Source: Rhizobiaceae bacterium
GTDB taxonomy: Bacteria > Pseudomonadota > Alphaproteobacteria > Rhizobiales > Rhizobiaceae
DNA length: 34,361 bases
Assembly (NCBI GenBank): GCA_021648425.1
Contig: JAKISV010000001.1
Location: 1 to 34,361 of the forward strand
Reading direction: 5' to 3'
The notes beneath the pieces were generated by a model. That model made no database searches and was not told the DNA's origin. It saw nothing but the letters and a program-made list of their open reading frames with translations. Positions within the stretch are counted from its first letter, which is position 1; each line of letters begins with the position of its first letter. The position numbers and the translations under genes are program-made. Positions 7,759-17,254 of the stretch are shown here, one piece after another.

Positions 7759-8558
7759 CAGTGAGCTACCCCCAGATAGGCATCGATTACGTTTTGGTCA
7801 GCCTGCACCTGGGCAGGTTCACCATCGGAAATCTTTCTACCGTAGTCAAGAACGACAACCCGGTCAGCCAGGTCCATCACAACACCCATGTCGTGTTCAA
7901 TCAGGGCAATGGTTGTGCCAAACTGCTGGTTCACATCGATGATAAATCGGCTCATGTCTTCTTTTTCTTCCAGGTTCATTCCGGCCATCGGTTCATCCAG
8001 TAACAACAAGGTGGGTTCAGCCACCAGGGCGCGACCCAGCTCAACGCGTTTTTTCAAGCCGTAGGGTAATTGGCTGACAGGTGTTTTGCGGATATGTTCG
8101 ATTTCGAGGAAATCAATGATTTCTTCAACCACAAGGCGATGTTCGATTTCTTCGTTCATTGCCGGTCCATAACGAAGCATCTGCCAGAAAAAATTCTTGT
8201 TCATTTTCAGAGTGCGGCCGGCCATGATATTATCCAGTGTAGACATGCCGTTAAACAGAGCAACATTCTGGAATGTACGTGAAATGCCCTGGCTTGCGGC
8301 CATGTATGGACGCATTTTTCGGCGCTCTTTACCAAGGAATGTTATTGTACCCACCTGGGGATGATAAAATCCGTTGATGACATTCAGCATGGAAGTCTTA
8401 CCGGCTCCGTTTGGGCCGATAATGGCGCGAATTTCACCTTTCATTATATTGAATGAAACATCCTGAATGGCTTTCACGCCACCAAATGACAGTGAAATAT
8501 CATCAACACTGAGCAGTTCTTCACCGGCAGAAATATCAGCTAGAGTTCGTGCACTCAT
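7758..8558 (-). CDS. LivG-like ABC transporter ATP-binding protein
   Basis: Walker A GPNGAGKTS, LPYGLKKRVELGRAL, LLLLDEPMAGMN. Its start overlaps the acyl-CoA synthetase stop by 4 nt. Confidence 0.85.
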   Translation of the reverse strand: MSARTLADISAGEELLSVDDISLSFGGVKAIQDVSFNIMKGEIRAIIGPNGAGKTSMLNVINGFYHPQVGTITFLGKERRKMRPYMAASQGISRTFQNVALFNGMSTLDNIMAGRTLKMNKNFFWQMLRYGPAMNEEIEHRLVVEEIIDFLEIEHIRKTPVSQLPYGLKKRVELGRALVAEPTLLLLDEPMAGMNLEEKEDMSRFIIDVNQQFGTTIALIEHDMGVVMDLADRVVVLDYGRKISDGEPAQVQADQNVIDAYLGVAH

Positions 8559-10555
8559 TCAGCAGCCTCCTTCATTGCTGCAGCGGGAAATGTTTTGACA
8601 TCACGCACCTGAACGGTAGCAGAGATGTTGCCTTTGCGACCATCTTCGAATATCACTTCGGTTTCGACAAATTTTTCAGTCGAGCCGTCATATAAAGCTT
8701 CAATCAGCGGCTCATAACGCTCGGCAATGAAATTGCGGCGCACTTTTTGTGTTCGGGTGAGTTCACCATCATCAGCGTCCAGTTCTTTGTGAAGAACCAG
8801 AAAGCGGGAAATCTGTGATCCGGCCATCATTTTTTCACCAGCCAAATCACGATTCACCTGTTCCACATGCTCTTCCATCATTTTATAGACCTGCGGATGG
8901 GAGGCTAACTCCTGATAACTTGCGTAGGAAATATTGTTGCGCTCAGCCCAGTTGCCAACTGCGGCAAGATCGATATTGAGAAAAATACCACAGCATTCAC
9001 GGCCATCACCAAAGGCCACCACCTCTTTGATATTAGGGAAAAACTTGAGCTTGTTCTCAATATATTTTGGCGCAAACATTGCGCCGTTTATCAGCTTACC
9101 GACATCCTTGGCCCGGTCGATAATTTTGAGTTGACCATCAACATCAACAAAACCCGCATCGCCGGTCTTGATATAACCATCGGAAGTTATCGTCTCTTTT
9201 GTTTTTTCTTCATCCTTAAAATAGGAAAAAAACATGCCCGGAGAACGAAACAGCACTTCACCGCTGTCGGAAATTCGAATATCCACATCGGGAGCAGCAG
9301 CACCAACCGCATCGGCTCGAACCTGGCCGTTAGCCTGACAGGTCACGTATAAAAATGCCTCGGTCTGTCCGTATAATTGTTTCAGATTTATTCCCAGCGA
9401 GCGGAAAAATGAAAACAAATCAGGGCCTATGGCTTCGCCGGCAGTATAGGCTATACGCACGCGTGAAAATCCCAGAACATTTCGAATTGGCCCGTAAACC
9501 AAAATCGAACCAATCCCATATAAAATACGGTCAACCAGTCCCACGGGTTTACCATTGAGGATATCCTCACCGCAGCGCTCCGAGACTTTCAGGAAATAGT
9601 GAAACATGCGTTGTTTGAATGCACTGGCGTCTTCCATTCGCAGCATCACGCTGGTTAACAGATTTTCAAATACCCGTGGCGGAGCGAAATAGAATGTTGG
9701 CCCGATTTCCCGTAAATCCTGCGAAACCGTATCGGGGCTCTCGGGGCAGGCCAGACAATATCCCGCTACCATGCCCTGGGCATAACTCAGATAATGATCG
9801 CCAACCCAGGCAAGCGGCAAATAGGCGAGGGCGATGTCATTTTCGTTCAAGCCGTCAAATTTAACCGTGCTGACAGCAGCATTCACACAATCGCGGTTGC
9901 GCAGCATGACGCCTTTGGGCCGGCCGGTAGTGCCCGAGGTGTAGAGTATGACTGCAAGGTCATCGCCTTTGCCTTCGCCAATAGATTTCAGCCAACCCTT
10001 TTGTGCATCAGTTGAATCAGCCAACATCCTGCGGCCAAGTTCCTGCACATCATCGATAGAGTGCATTGAAGAATGATCATAATCTGTAAGGCCACGGGTT
10101 TCGTCATATATAATCTTTTTCAGGCTGGGCAGGTTTTCTGAATTCGACAATATTTTATCGACCTGCTCCTGATCCTGACAGACTGCAAATTGCACTTCGG
10201 CGTGTTCCAGCACATAGGCCATTTCTTCGGCCACTGAATCAGCATAAACAGGAACAGGCACAGCGCCTAAAGCCTGGGCTGCGGAAAATGTCCAATAAAG
10301 TTTTGGCCGGTTGGCACCTATTATTGCAATCTTGTCGCCGCGCTTTAAGCCCAGTTTTTCCAGCCCCAGGGAATAGGCACGAATCTCGTCGCACATTTGC
10401 GACCAGGTCCAGCTTTGCCAGATGCCATGGTCCTTGTGACGCATAGCTGGTCTGTTGGCAAAGCGCTTTGCATTCAATAACAGGTATTGAGGAAATGATG
10501 TAAGGTCGCCACCGGTTTTTACACCGCCAACCTTATTGACTTTGTCTTTGGACAT
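8555..10555 (-). CDS. AMP-dependent long-chain acyl-CoA synthetase (FadD/FAA1-like)
   Basis: Canonical P-loop YTSGTTGRPKGV, YGQTE, GYIKTGD. The track start is a TTG at 10588. I prefer the ATG at 10555 (MSKDKVNK..), which has GGAGGAGG upstream. Confidence 0.85.
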   Translation of the reverse strand: MSKDKVNKVGGVKTGGDLTSFPQYLLLNAKRFANRPAMRHKDHGIWQSWTWSQMCDEIRAYSLGLEKLGLKRGDKIAIIGANRPKLYWTFSAAQALGAVPVPVYADSVAEEMAYVLEHAEVQFAVCQDQEQVDKILSNSENLPSLKKIIYDETRGLTDYDHSSMHSIDDVQELGRRMLADSTDAQKGWLKSIGEGKGDDLAVILYTSGTTGRPKGVMLRNRDCVNAAVSTVKFDGLNENDIALAYLPLAWVGDHYLSYAQGMVAGYCLACPESPDTVSQDLREIGPTFYFAPPRVFENLLTSVMLRMEDASAFKQRMFHYFLKVSERCGEDILNGKPVGLVDRILYGIGSILVYGPIRNVLGFSRVRIAYTAGEAIGPDLFSFFRSLGINLKQLYGQTEAFLYVTCQANGQVRADAVGAAAPDVDIRISDSGEVLFRSPGMFFSYFKDEEKTKETITSDGYIKTGDAGFVDVDGQLKIIDRAKDVGKLINGAMFAPKYIENKLKFFPNIKEVVAFGDGRECCGIFLNIDLAAVGNWAERNNISYASYQELASHPQVYKMMEEHVEQVNRDLAGEKMMAGSQISRFLVLHKELDADDGELTRTQKVRRNFIAERYEPLIEALYDGSTEKFVETEVIFEDGRKGNISATVQVRDVKTFPAAAMKEAAE

Positions 10556-10932
10556 CAGCCCTAAACCTCCTCCCTGCATACCACTCAATCGAACAACAAC
10601 TGATTGCCGGGCAGTTCATCTGCCTCTAAAGCGATCCGGTCCAATACTTTGTTATCGAAAACCTGGTTCTTCACTGTATTACAGATAATCGAATTTTGAC
10701 ATGTTACAAATTTTTGTTCTGAACGCAATCGTTTGTCACTAACCAATTTGTATAAATTCATGCCATGTGCTTCGTCCAGCCCGATGAAACAGAAAGCTTC
10801 AATAATATCTGGACAAGATGATTGGCGTGGGGCAGTGTTGGGCAACGAAAAAAGTAACGGGTTTGTGAAACACAAAAACCGTTCTAAAAGCGTAACGGCA
10901 AAAGTGGGAATAATTGCCAGGTAGGGAGTTGT

Positions 10933-11949
10933 ATGGGTATTGCTGCGTTGGTTCCGGTTTGGACGGTAAAAAACCTCAAAACCGTATTGCATACACAAGA
11001 TGGCGTCGTTCACGCGGTAAATGGCATCAGTTTTGAACTGAGTGAAGGTGAGTTGCTGGCAGTTGTAGGTGAAAGCGGCTCGGGTAAAAGTGTTACTATG
11101 ATGTCGCTTTTGCAATTGCTGCCGACGCCCCCGGCGGAAATAATCAGTGGCAGTGTTTATTTTGAAGGCAAAAACCTTCTGGAATTATCAACAGCAGATA
11201 TACGGCATTTCCGCGGCGCCAAGATCGGCTTTATTTTTCAAGACCCGATGACATCACTCAATCCGGTATTCTCCGTTGGTTTTCAGATTATGGAGCCGTT
11301 GCGTGAGCATCTTGGCATGTCAAAAAAACAGGCCCGGCAACGCGCCGTCGAATTGCTGGAACTGGTGGGTATTCCATCTGCCGGTGATCGCCTGAATGAT
11401 TTTCCTCACCAGTTTTCCGGCGGTATGCGCCAACGGGTGGTAATCGCGATCGCACTTTCCTGCGACCCGAAGGTGCTGATTGCCGATGAACCAACGACGG
11501 CCCTGGATGTAACCGTCCAGGCGCAGATACTGGAACTGGTTCGCGACTTACGCCAGAAACTTGGCATGACAATTATCTGGATTACTCACGATCTTGGTGT
11601 TGCAGCAGGAATTGCCGATCGGGTGATGGTGATGTATGGCGGCTTTGCCGTTGAACATGCGGATGTCAAAGAAATATTCAAAAACCCACGCCATCCTTAT
11701 ACCTCTGCATTGCTCGAAACCCTGCCGGGTCATGAAAGTGAAGGGGCGGAGCGGTTGCGTTCAATTGATGGGCAACCGCCAGATTTGGTAATCAAACCCG
11801 TATCATGTCCATTTGCCCCACGTTGCGCTTATGCCCAGGATATATGTCGGCGTGAAAACCCCAAGCTCACCAGTATCGAAAATAGTGATGCTGATATCCA
11901 TGAGATTGCGTGCTGGGTTGATATCGAAAGCGGGAGTTTACGAAAATGA
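10933..11949 (+). CDS. Peptide/nickel-type ABC transporter ATP-binding protein (DppD/OppD-like)
   Basis: [29 protein letters not shown], and the C-terminal oligopeptide-ABC extension ([15 protein letters not shown]). AGGGAG lies 5 nt upstream. Confidence 0.85.
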   Translation: MGIAALVPVWTVKNLKTVLHTQDGVVHAVNGISFELSEGELLAVVGESGSGKSVTMMSLLQLLPTPPAEIISGSVYFEGKNLLELSTADIRHFRGAKIGFIFQDPMTSLNPVFSVGFQIMEPLREHLGMSKKQARQRAVELLELVGIPSAGDRLNDFPHQFSGGMRQRVVIAIALSCDPKVLIADEPTTALDVTVQAQILELVRDLRQKLGMTIIWITHDLGVAAGIADRVMVMYGGFAVEHADVKEIFKNPRHPYTSALLETLPGHESEGAERLRSIDGQPPDLVIKPVSCPFAPRCAYAQDICRRENPKLTSIENSDADIHEIACWVDIESGSLRK

Positions 11950-12962
11950 CTGCTGTCCCATCACAATTCACTGGCGACACTCTGGTTAAAGTCAAAAACC
12001 TTCAAATGCACTTTCCAATCTATAAAGGTATTTTTCGCAGGAAAATTGGTGCGGTGAAAGCGGTTGACGGGCTGACCTTTGATATAAAACGCGGCGAGAC
12101 ACTTGGCCTGGTGGGTGAAAGCGGTTGTGGCAAATCCACCTGCGGGCGGGCCTTGTTGCGACTCTATGAGATCACCGGCGGGCAGATTACTTTTGAAGGT
12201 AGGGACATTGCTGATTTGAGTGGCGAAGAGCTACGCAATATTCGTCCGCGCATGCAGATGATATTTCAGGACCCGCAAGCCAGTCTAAACCCACGCATGA
12301 CGGTTGGTTCAATAATTTCCGAACCATTGGATGAGCACCAGATTGCAAGTGGTGAAGAAAAGCAGGCACGGGTTCGCGAACTGCTTGAATCCGTTGGTAT
12401 GAACCCGGATTTTGCCAATCGTTACCCGCACGAATTTTCCGGCGGCCAACGCCAGCGTATTGGCATTGCGCGCGCTTTGGCACTGGAGCCGGATTTTATT
12501 GTTTGCGATGAACCGATTGCAGCGCTTGATGTTTCAATTCAGGCGCAAGTGGTGAACCTGTTGCAGGATTTGCAGAAAAAATTGGGGCTTACTTACCTGT
12601 TTATCAGCCATGATCTGGGCATGATACGTCACATTGCCGACCGGGTTGCCGTGATGTATCTGGGTAAGATTGTTGAGCTTGCACCGGTGAATGAATTGTT
12701 CACCAACCCACAGCATCCCTACACCAAAGCTCTGTTTTCAGCGGTGCCGGTGCCGGATCCGGAAATAGAATCAAAGCGCGAAAGGGTGATCCTTGAAGGT
12801 GATGTGCCAAGTCCGGCGAACCCGCCCAAGGGATGCAGGTTTTGTACGCGCTGCCCGGTGGCAATTGAAAAATGTTTTGACTCTGAACCCGAATGGCGGG
12901 AACTTGGAGGTTCAAAGAATGGCGATAACAGCCATCAAATAGCCTGCCATCTGGCAGACTGA
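11946..12962 (+). CDS. Peptide/nickel-type ABC transporter ATP-binding protein (DppF/OppF-like)
   Basis: [51 protein letters not shown]. 4-nt overlap with the upstream gene. Confidence 0.85.
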   Translation: MTAVPSQFTGDTLVKVKNLQMHFPIYKGIFRRKIGAVKAVDGLTFDIKRGETLGLVGESGCGKSTCGRALLRLYEITGGQITFEGRDIADLSGEELRNIRPRMQMIFQDPQASLNPRMTVGSIISEPLDEHQIASGEEKQARVRELLESVGMNPDFANRYPHEFSGGQRQRIGIARALALEPDFIVCDEPIAALDVSIQAQVVNLLQDLQKKLGLTYLFISHDLGMIRHIADRVAVMYLGKIVELAPVNELFTNPQHPYTKALFSAVPVPDPEIESKRERVILEGDVPSPANPPKGCRFCTRCPVAIEKCFDSEPEWRELGGSKNGDNSHQIACHLAD

Positions 12963-13004
12963 GAATACCTGTAATTGTAAAACTGTAAAAAGGGAGAAAT
13001 ACAA

Positions 13005-14723
13005 ATGCATATATTAAAGAAAACCCTGCTGGCGACAGCAGCGTTGGCTCTGGTGTCCGTGGGCACTGCCAATGCAGCAAGTGACGGCAAAAGGGGAATG
13101 GACGGGCAGCTCAATATTCTATATTGGCAGGCTGCTTCCATTCTGAACCCGTATCTTTCCGGTGGCACGAAAGACATAAATGCCGCTTCCATGATTTTAG
13201 AACCACTAGCTTATTATGATGAAACCGGCGCGATGGTTCCTGCACTTGCTGAGGAAATTCCAACACCTGAAAATGGTGGTGTGTCGGATGATTTGACATC
13301 TGTTACCTGGAAACTGAAAAAAGGCGTCACCTGGTCTGACGGCACGCCGTTTACCGCGAAAGATGTAGTATTTTCAGCGAAATACTGCATGGACCCTACC
13401 GGCGGGTGTAATGCATCTTCCAACTTCAGTGATGTGGATTCTGTTGAAGCAATCGATGACAATACAGTTAAAATCACATTCAGCGTTGCTAAACCGTTTC
13501 CCTATGGACCGTTTGTCGGCACTACTGCCCCAATCATCCAGGAAGCACAGTTCAAGGATTGTCTGGGCGCCAAAGCGCCAACATGTACAGCGGCAAATTT
13601 TGGCCCTATTGGTACTGGTCCATTTACTGTAACTGAGTTTAAAGCAAACGATGTTGTGGTTTATGCAGCCAATGACAAATACCGCGAAGAAGGCAAACCA
13701 GCGTTTGCGACAGCGGTATTTAAAGGCGGCGGTGAAGCAGCTGCTGCTGCCCGTTCGGTTCTTGAAACCGGCGAATTTGATTACGCCTGGAACCTGCAGG
13801 TAGAGCCGGAAATTCTGGCACAAATGGCAGCAGCCGGCAAAGGCACGGTTGTTACATCATTTGGCACTTCCGTTGAGCGCCTGATGGTACAGGCTACCAA
13901 TGTCGATCCGGCTTTGGGTGACAAACGCGGTACGATTGAAGGTGGAGTTCACCCGTTCCTGAATGATCCTGCTGTGCGTGAAGCGTTGTCGCGGGCTATT
14001 GATCGCCAGGTTCTGGTTGATGCAGGCTATGGCAAAGCAGGTCAGGTGACCTGTAACGTGCTACCGGCACCGGCGGTATATGTCTCAACAGCCAATGACG
14101 ACTGCAAAGTTCAGGATGTTGATAAAGCCAACAAACTGCTGGACGATGCCGGTTGGGCTAAAGGCTCTGATGGAATTCGCGCCAAAGATGGTGTGCGTCT
14201 TTCCATTCTTTACCAGACATCCACCAATGGCGTTCGTCAGGGTACTCAGGCTTTGATCAAGCAAATGTGGGCGGCAATCGGTGTGGAAACAGAACTGAAA
14301 AATATTTCAGCTTCCGTGTTCTTCGGTGGTGACCAGTCAAGCCCCGATACGTTCCAGAAGTTCTTTGCTGATATCGAAATGTATACCAACAATTTCGATG
14401 GCACAGACCCGGAAAAATATATGGGTTCATGGACATGTAAAAATATTCCGTCTCCGGCAAACCAGTGGATCGGCAACAACATGCCGCGCTACTGTAATGC
14501 GGAATATGATGCACTTGTGGCTGAAATGGGTAAAACCGCGTCAATTGAAAAACGCGCAGCTCTGGCCATGAAAATGAACGACATGCTGATGCAGGCTCGT
14601 GCGATGATCCCCCTCATCCACCGTGGTAATGTGTCAGCTCATTCAAACACTCTGTTGGGTGTACGGATGAACTCCTGGGATTCCGAATTGTGGAATGTTC
14701 AGGACTGGACACGCGCCAAATAG
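13005..14723 (+). CDS. Family-5 (peptide/opine/nickel) ABC substrate-binding protein, secreted
   Basis: 572 aa with signal peptide MHILKKTLLATAALALVSVGTANA. Size and context fit SBP family 5. AAGGGAGA SD. Confidence 0.8.
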   Translation: MHILKKTLLATAALALVSVGTANAASDGKRGMDGQLNILYWQAASILNPYLSGGTKDINAASMILEPLAYYDETGAMVPALAEEIPTPENGGVSDDLTSVTWKLKKGVTWSDGTPFTAKDVVFSAKYCMDPTGGCNASSNFSDVDSVEAIDDNTVKITFSVAKPFPYGPFVGTTAPIIQEAQFKDCLGAKAPTCTAANFGPIGTGPFTVTEFKANDVVVYAANDKYREEGKPAFATAVFKGGGEAAAAARSVLETGEFDYAWNLQVEPEILAQMAAAGKGTVVTSFGTSVERLMVQATNVDPALGDKRGTIEGGVHPFLNDPAVREALSRAIDRQVLVDAGYGKAGQVTCNVLPAPAVYVSTANDDCKVQDVDKANKLLDDAGWAKGSDGIRAKDGVRLSILYQTSTNGVRQGTQALIKQMWAAIGVETELKNISASVFFGGDQSSPDTFQKFFADIEMYTNNFDGTDPEKYMGSWTCKNIPSPANQWIGNNMPRYCNAEYDALVAEMGKTASIEKRAALAMKMNDMLMQARAMIPLIHRGNVSAHSNTLLGVRMNSWDSELWNVQDWTRAK

Positions 14724-14738
14724 GTGAACCATTGAATA

Positions 14739-14763
14739 CGGCCCGCATATAAAGTGCGGGCCG
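14739..14763 (+). promoter_or_regulatory. Intercistronic GC-rich stem-loop after the family-5 SBP gene (possible attenuator/partial terminator)
   Basis: CGGCCCGC (14739-14746), a 9-nt loop, then GCGGGCCG (14756-14763), followed by GATTTGATTT. Lies 16 nt after the stop and 25 nt before the next ATG. Confidence 0.55.
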
Positions 14764-14788
14764 GATTTGATTTCGGGGATTTTCTACA

Positions 14789-15802
14789 ATGCTAAACTAT
14801 ACCATCAGACGGTTGCTATTTGCTGTGCCTACGCTGCTGGTGATATCGTTTATCATTTTTGCAATTCTGGACCTGGCACCCAGTGATCCGACGGGCAATC
14901 TGCCGCTTACAATTCCTGCGGAAGTGCGCGCACAGATCCGAGAGGCCCTGGGGCTTGGGCAACCGTTTCCCATTCGCTACATGAAGTGGTTGCAACAGTT
15001 TTTCATCAATGAACCTTTGAATATGATGGAACAGTGGTGGGGAATCCAAATCGGCGATTCCGCTAATCGCCTGCGTGTAACCTCCTGGGCTACCCGCAGC
15101 CCGGTGGTTGATCTGATTGTTGAGCGTATGCCCCAGACATTGTGGGTGGTGGGCATGTCTTATGTGCTGGGAATTCTAATTGCATTGCCGATTGGCGTAA
15201 TTTCCGCCTACAAGCAATATTCAATATTCGACCAGATCGGCACGTTCATTTCGATGATTGGGTTTTCAGTGCCGACATTCTTCACCGGCATTGTGTTGAT
15301 TGTTATTTTCTCGGTTCAACTGGGGTGGCTGCCTTCGATATACGACACAACGTTACAGGTCACCGACTGGCCAAGTTTCTGGAAACAGGTCAAACAAATG
15401 ATGATGCCGGTGTTTGTGCTGGCGCTTTTCAATGCAGCACAAATAGCCCGCTTCATGCGTTCTTCGATGCTGGATAACCTGAACCAGGACTATGTACGAA
15501 CCGCGCGAGCCAAGGGTTTGCGTGAGCAGACAGTTGTTCTGACGCATGTGCTGCGCAATTCTCTTATTCCGGTGGTGACGGTCATTGCGCTTGGCATACC
15601 GCAGGTGTTTGGCGGGGCGATCATTACCGAACAGATATTCCGGGTGAACGGGCTGGGCCAATTGCTGATCATCGGCATTGAGGGTGCGGATATCCCGCTG
15701 GTGCAGACTTTGACTTTTATTTTTGCCGTGCTGATTGTGCTGTTTAATCTGGTTGCAGATTTATTATACGGCATACTTGATCCAAGGATACGTTATGACT
15801 GA
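14789..15802 (+). CDS. DppB/OppB-like ABC permease
   Basis: 337 aa. N-terminus MLNYTIRRLLFAVPTLLVISFIIF and the EAA-like region YVRTARAKGL are typical. Confidence 0.85.
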   Translation: MLNYTIRRLLFAVPTLLVISFIIFAILDLAPSDPTGNLPLTIPAEVRAQIREALGLGQPFPIRYMKWLQQFFINEPLNMMEQWWGIQIGDSANRLRVTSWATRSPVVDLIVERMPQTLWVVGMSYVLGILIALPIGVISAYKQYSIFDQIGTFISMIGFSVPTFFTGIVLIVIFSVQLGWLPSIYDTTLQVTDWPSFWKQVKQMMMPVFVLALFNAAQIARFMRSSMLDNLNQDYVRTARAKGLREQTVVLTHVLRNSLIPVVTVIALGIPQVFGGAIITEQIFRVNGLGQLLIIGIEGADIPLVQTLTFIFAVLIVLFNLVADLLYGILDPRIRYD

Positions 15803-16721
15803 TCAAACGAATTCCACTGTTCAAGCCGAGGATCCCGTGCGGCCGCACCGCTCATTGTGGTCTGATGTCTGGCGGCAGTTCAAAGTACACCGGGGTGGGT
15901 TGATTGGTGTTGGTGTATTTTCGTTCATTTTACTGGCGGTGATAATCGGGCCAATGATCCATACGATTGATCCGCAGTTTCTGGATTATAAAAATAAAAA
16001 CCTGGCCCCCACCCTGGCCCATCCGTTTGGTACAGATAATTTGGGCCGAGATATGCTGGCACAAGTGTTGGCGGGCGGGAGAATTTCTCTGGCTGTGGGA
16101 ATAACAGCAATGCTGCTGTCGCTTGTTCTGGGTACATTTATCGGCGTTGTTGCCGGCTATTTCAAAGCGCTTGACGGCCCGTTGATGCGGTTGACTGATT
16201 TGTTTCTGGCGTTGCCTTTGCTGCCGCTTTTGCTGGTGATTATCATGCTGTTTCGCGACACGCTGCGAAATATGTTTGGGCCGGAAACGGGGATATTTCT
16301 GCTGATTGTGTTTATCATCGGCATCACGAGCTGGATGCAGACCGCGCGAATTGTGCGTGGGGATGTACTGGGTCTAAAAGAGCAGGAATTTGTTCTGGCA
16401 GCAGGCAGTATCGGCACCCGACCACGGCGAATTATTACCCGGCATATTTTTCCAAATGTATTGTCACCCATTATGGTTTCGGCCACGCTGGGGGTTGCTA
16501 ACGCGATAATCACCGAATCTTCACTCAGTTTTCTGGGGTTAGGATTTCCATCAGATTTTCCAACCTGGGGAAGATTGTTGTTTGATGGCGCCAACTTCAT
16601 GCAAATCACTCCTTCACGGGTGATCTGGCCGGGTCTTGCCATCTCACTTACTGTGTTGAGCGTTAATTATGTCGGTGATGCAATCCGCGATGCGCTTGAT
16701 CCCAGAATTCGTGGGCGCTAA
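15795..16721 (+). CDS. DppC/OppC-like ABC permease
   Basis: I prefer the ATG at 15795 (MTDQTNS..), which overlaps the upstream stop (ATGACTGA), over the track start at 15735. HPFGTDNLGRDML and ITSWMQTARIVRG are typical. Confidence 0.85.
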   Translation: MTDQTNSTVQAEDPVRPHRSLWSDVWRQFKVHRGGLIGVGVFSFILLAVIIGPMIHTIDPQFLDYKNKNLAPTLAHPFGTDNLGRDMLAQVLAGGRISLAVGITAMLLSLVLGTFIGVVAGYFKALDGPLMRLTDLFLALPLLPLLLVIIMLFRDTLRNMFGPETGIFLLIVFIIGITSWMQTARIVRGDVLGLKEQEFVLAAGSIGTRPRRIITRHIFPNVLSPIMVSATLGVANAIITESSLSFLGLGFPSDFPTWGRLLFDGANFMQITPSRVIWPGLAISLTVLSVNYVGDAIRDALDPRIRGR

Positions 16722-16742
16722 GTTGCATTTGCAATATCGCAG

Positions 16743-17246
16743 ATGGAACAATGCATGGCCGATGCTTCACATGATAAATTGCGTAGTGCTTTTGGCAGCT
16801 ACGTTACCGGGGTAACTGTCGTTACGGCCCGTACCGACACCGGTGATCCGGTGGGCTTTACAGCAAACTCATTTAACTCGGTGTCGCTTGATCCGGCACT
16901 TTTACTGGTTTGTATTGGTAAGGGTCTTTCAAGCTACCCGGCATTTTGCAACAGCAGTCATTTTGCCATCAATATTCTGGGTAGTGACCAAAAGGCACTT
17001 GCGGACCGGTTCGCCAACTACAAAGGAAAACGTTTCGAGGGCATTGAGTGGCAGGAAAGTGAATTGGGTTGCCCACTGATCAGCGGCGCAAGCGCCTGGT
17101 TCGACTGTAGCTTGTTCAACCGAATTGATGCGGGTGATCACGATGTTCTGGTTGGCAGGATTCACAGCTATACTGATCACGGTAAAAACGGGCTGGGTTA
17201 TTTTCGCCACGAGTATTTTTCAACGGATAATCGTATTTTGAAATAG
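16743..17246 (+). CDS. Flavin reductase-like (FMN-binding split-barrel) protein
   Basis: 167 aa. FGSYVTGVTVVTA..GFTANSFNSVSLDPALLLVCI is characteristic of the HpaC/flavin reductase domain. The start could instead be the ATG 12 nt downstream. Confidence 0.75.
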   Translation: MEQCMADASHDKLRSAFGSYVTGVTVVTARTDTGDPVGFTANSFNSVSLDPALLLVCIGKGLSSYPAFCNSSHFAINILGSDQKALADRFANYKGKRFEGIEWQESELGCPLISGASAWFDCSLFNRIDAGDHDVLVGRIHSYTDHGKNGLGYFRHEYFSTDNRILK

Positions 17247-17254
17247 CGGTAAAT

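Noticed and set aside
10585-11115. 176-aa minus-strand ORF spanning the divergent intergenic region and the start of the dppD-like gene, including a possible 58-aa upstream peptide from the ATG at 10761
   Set aside because: It overlaps a well-supported ABC ATPase gene in antisense. It has no SD, an odd composition (Cys/Asn/Phe-rich) and no recognisable domain.
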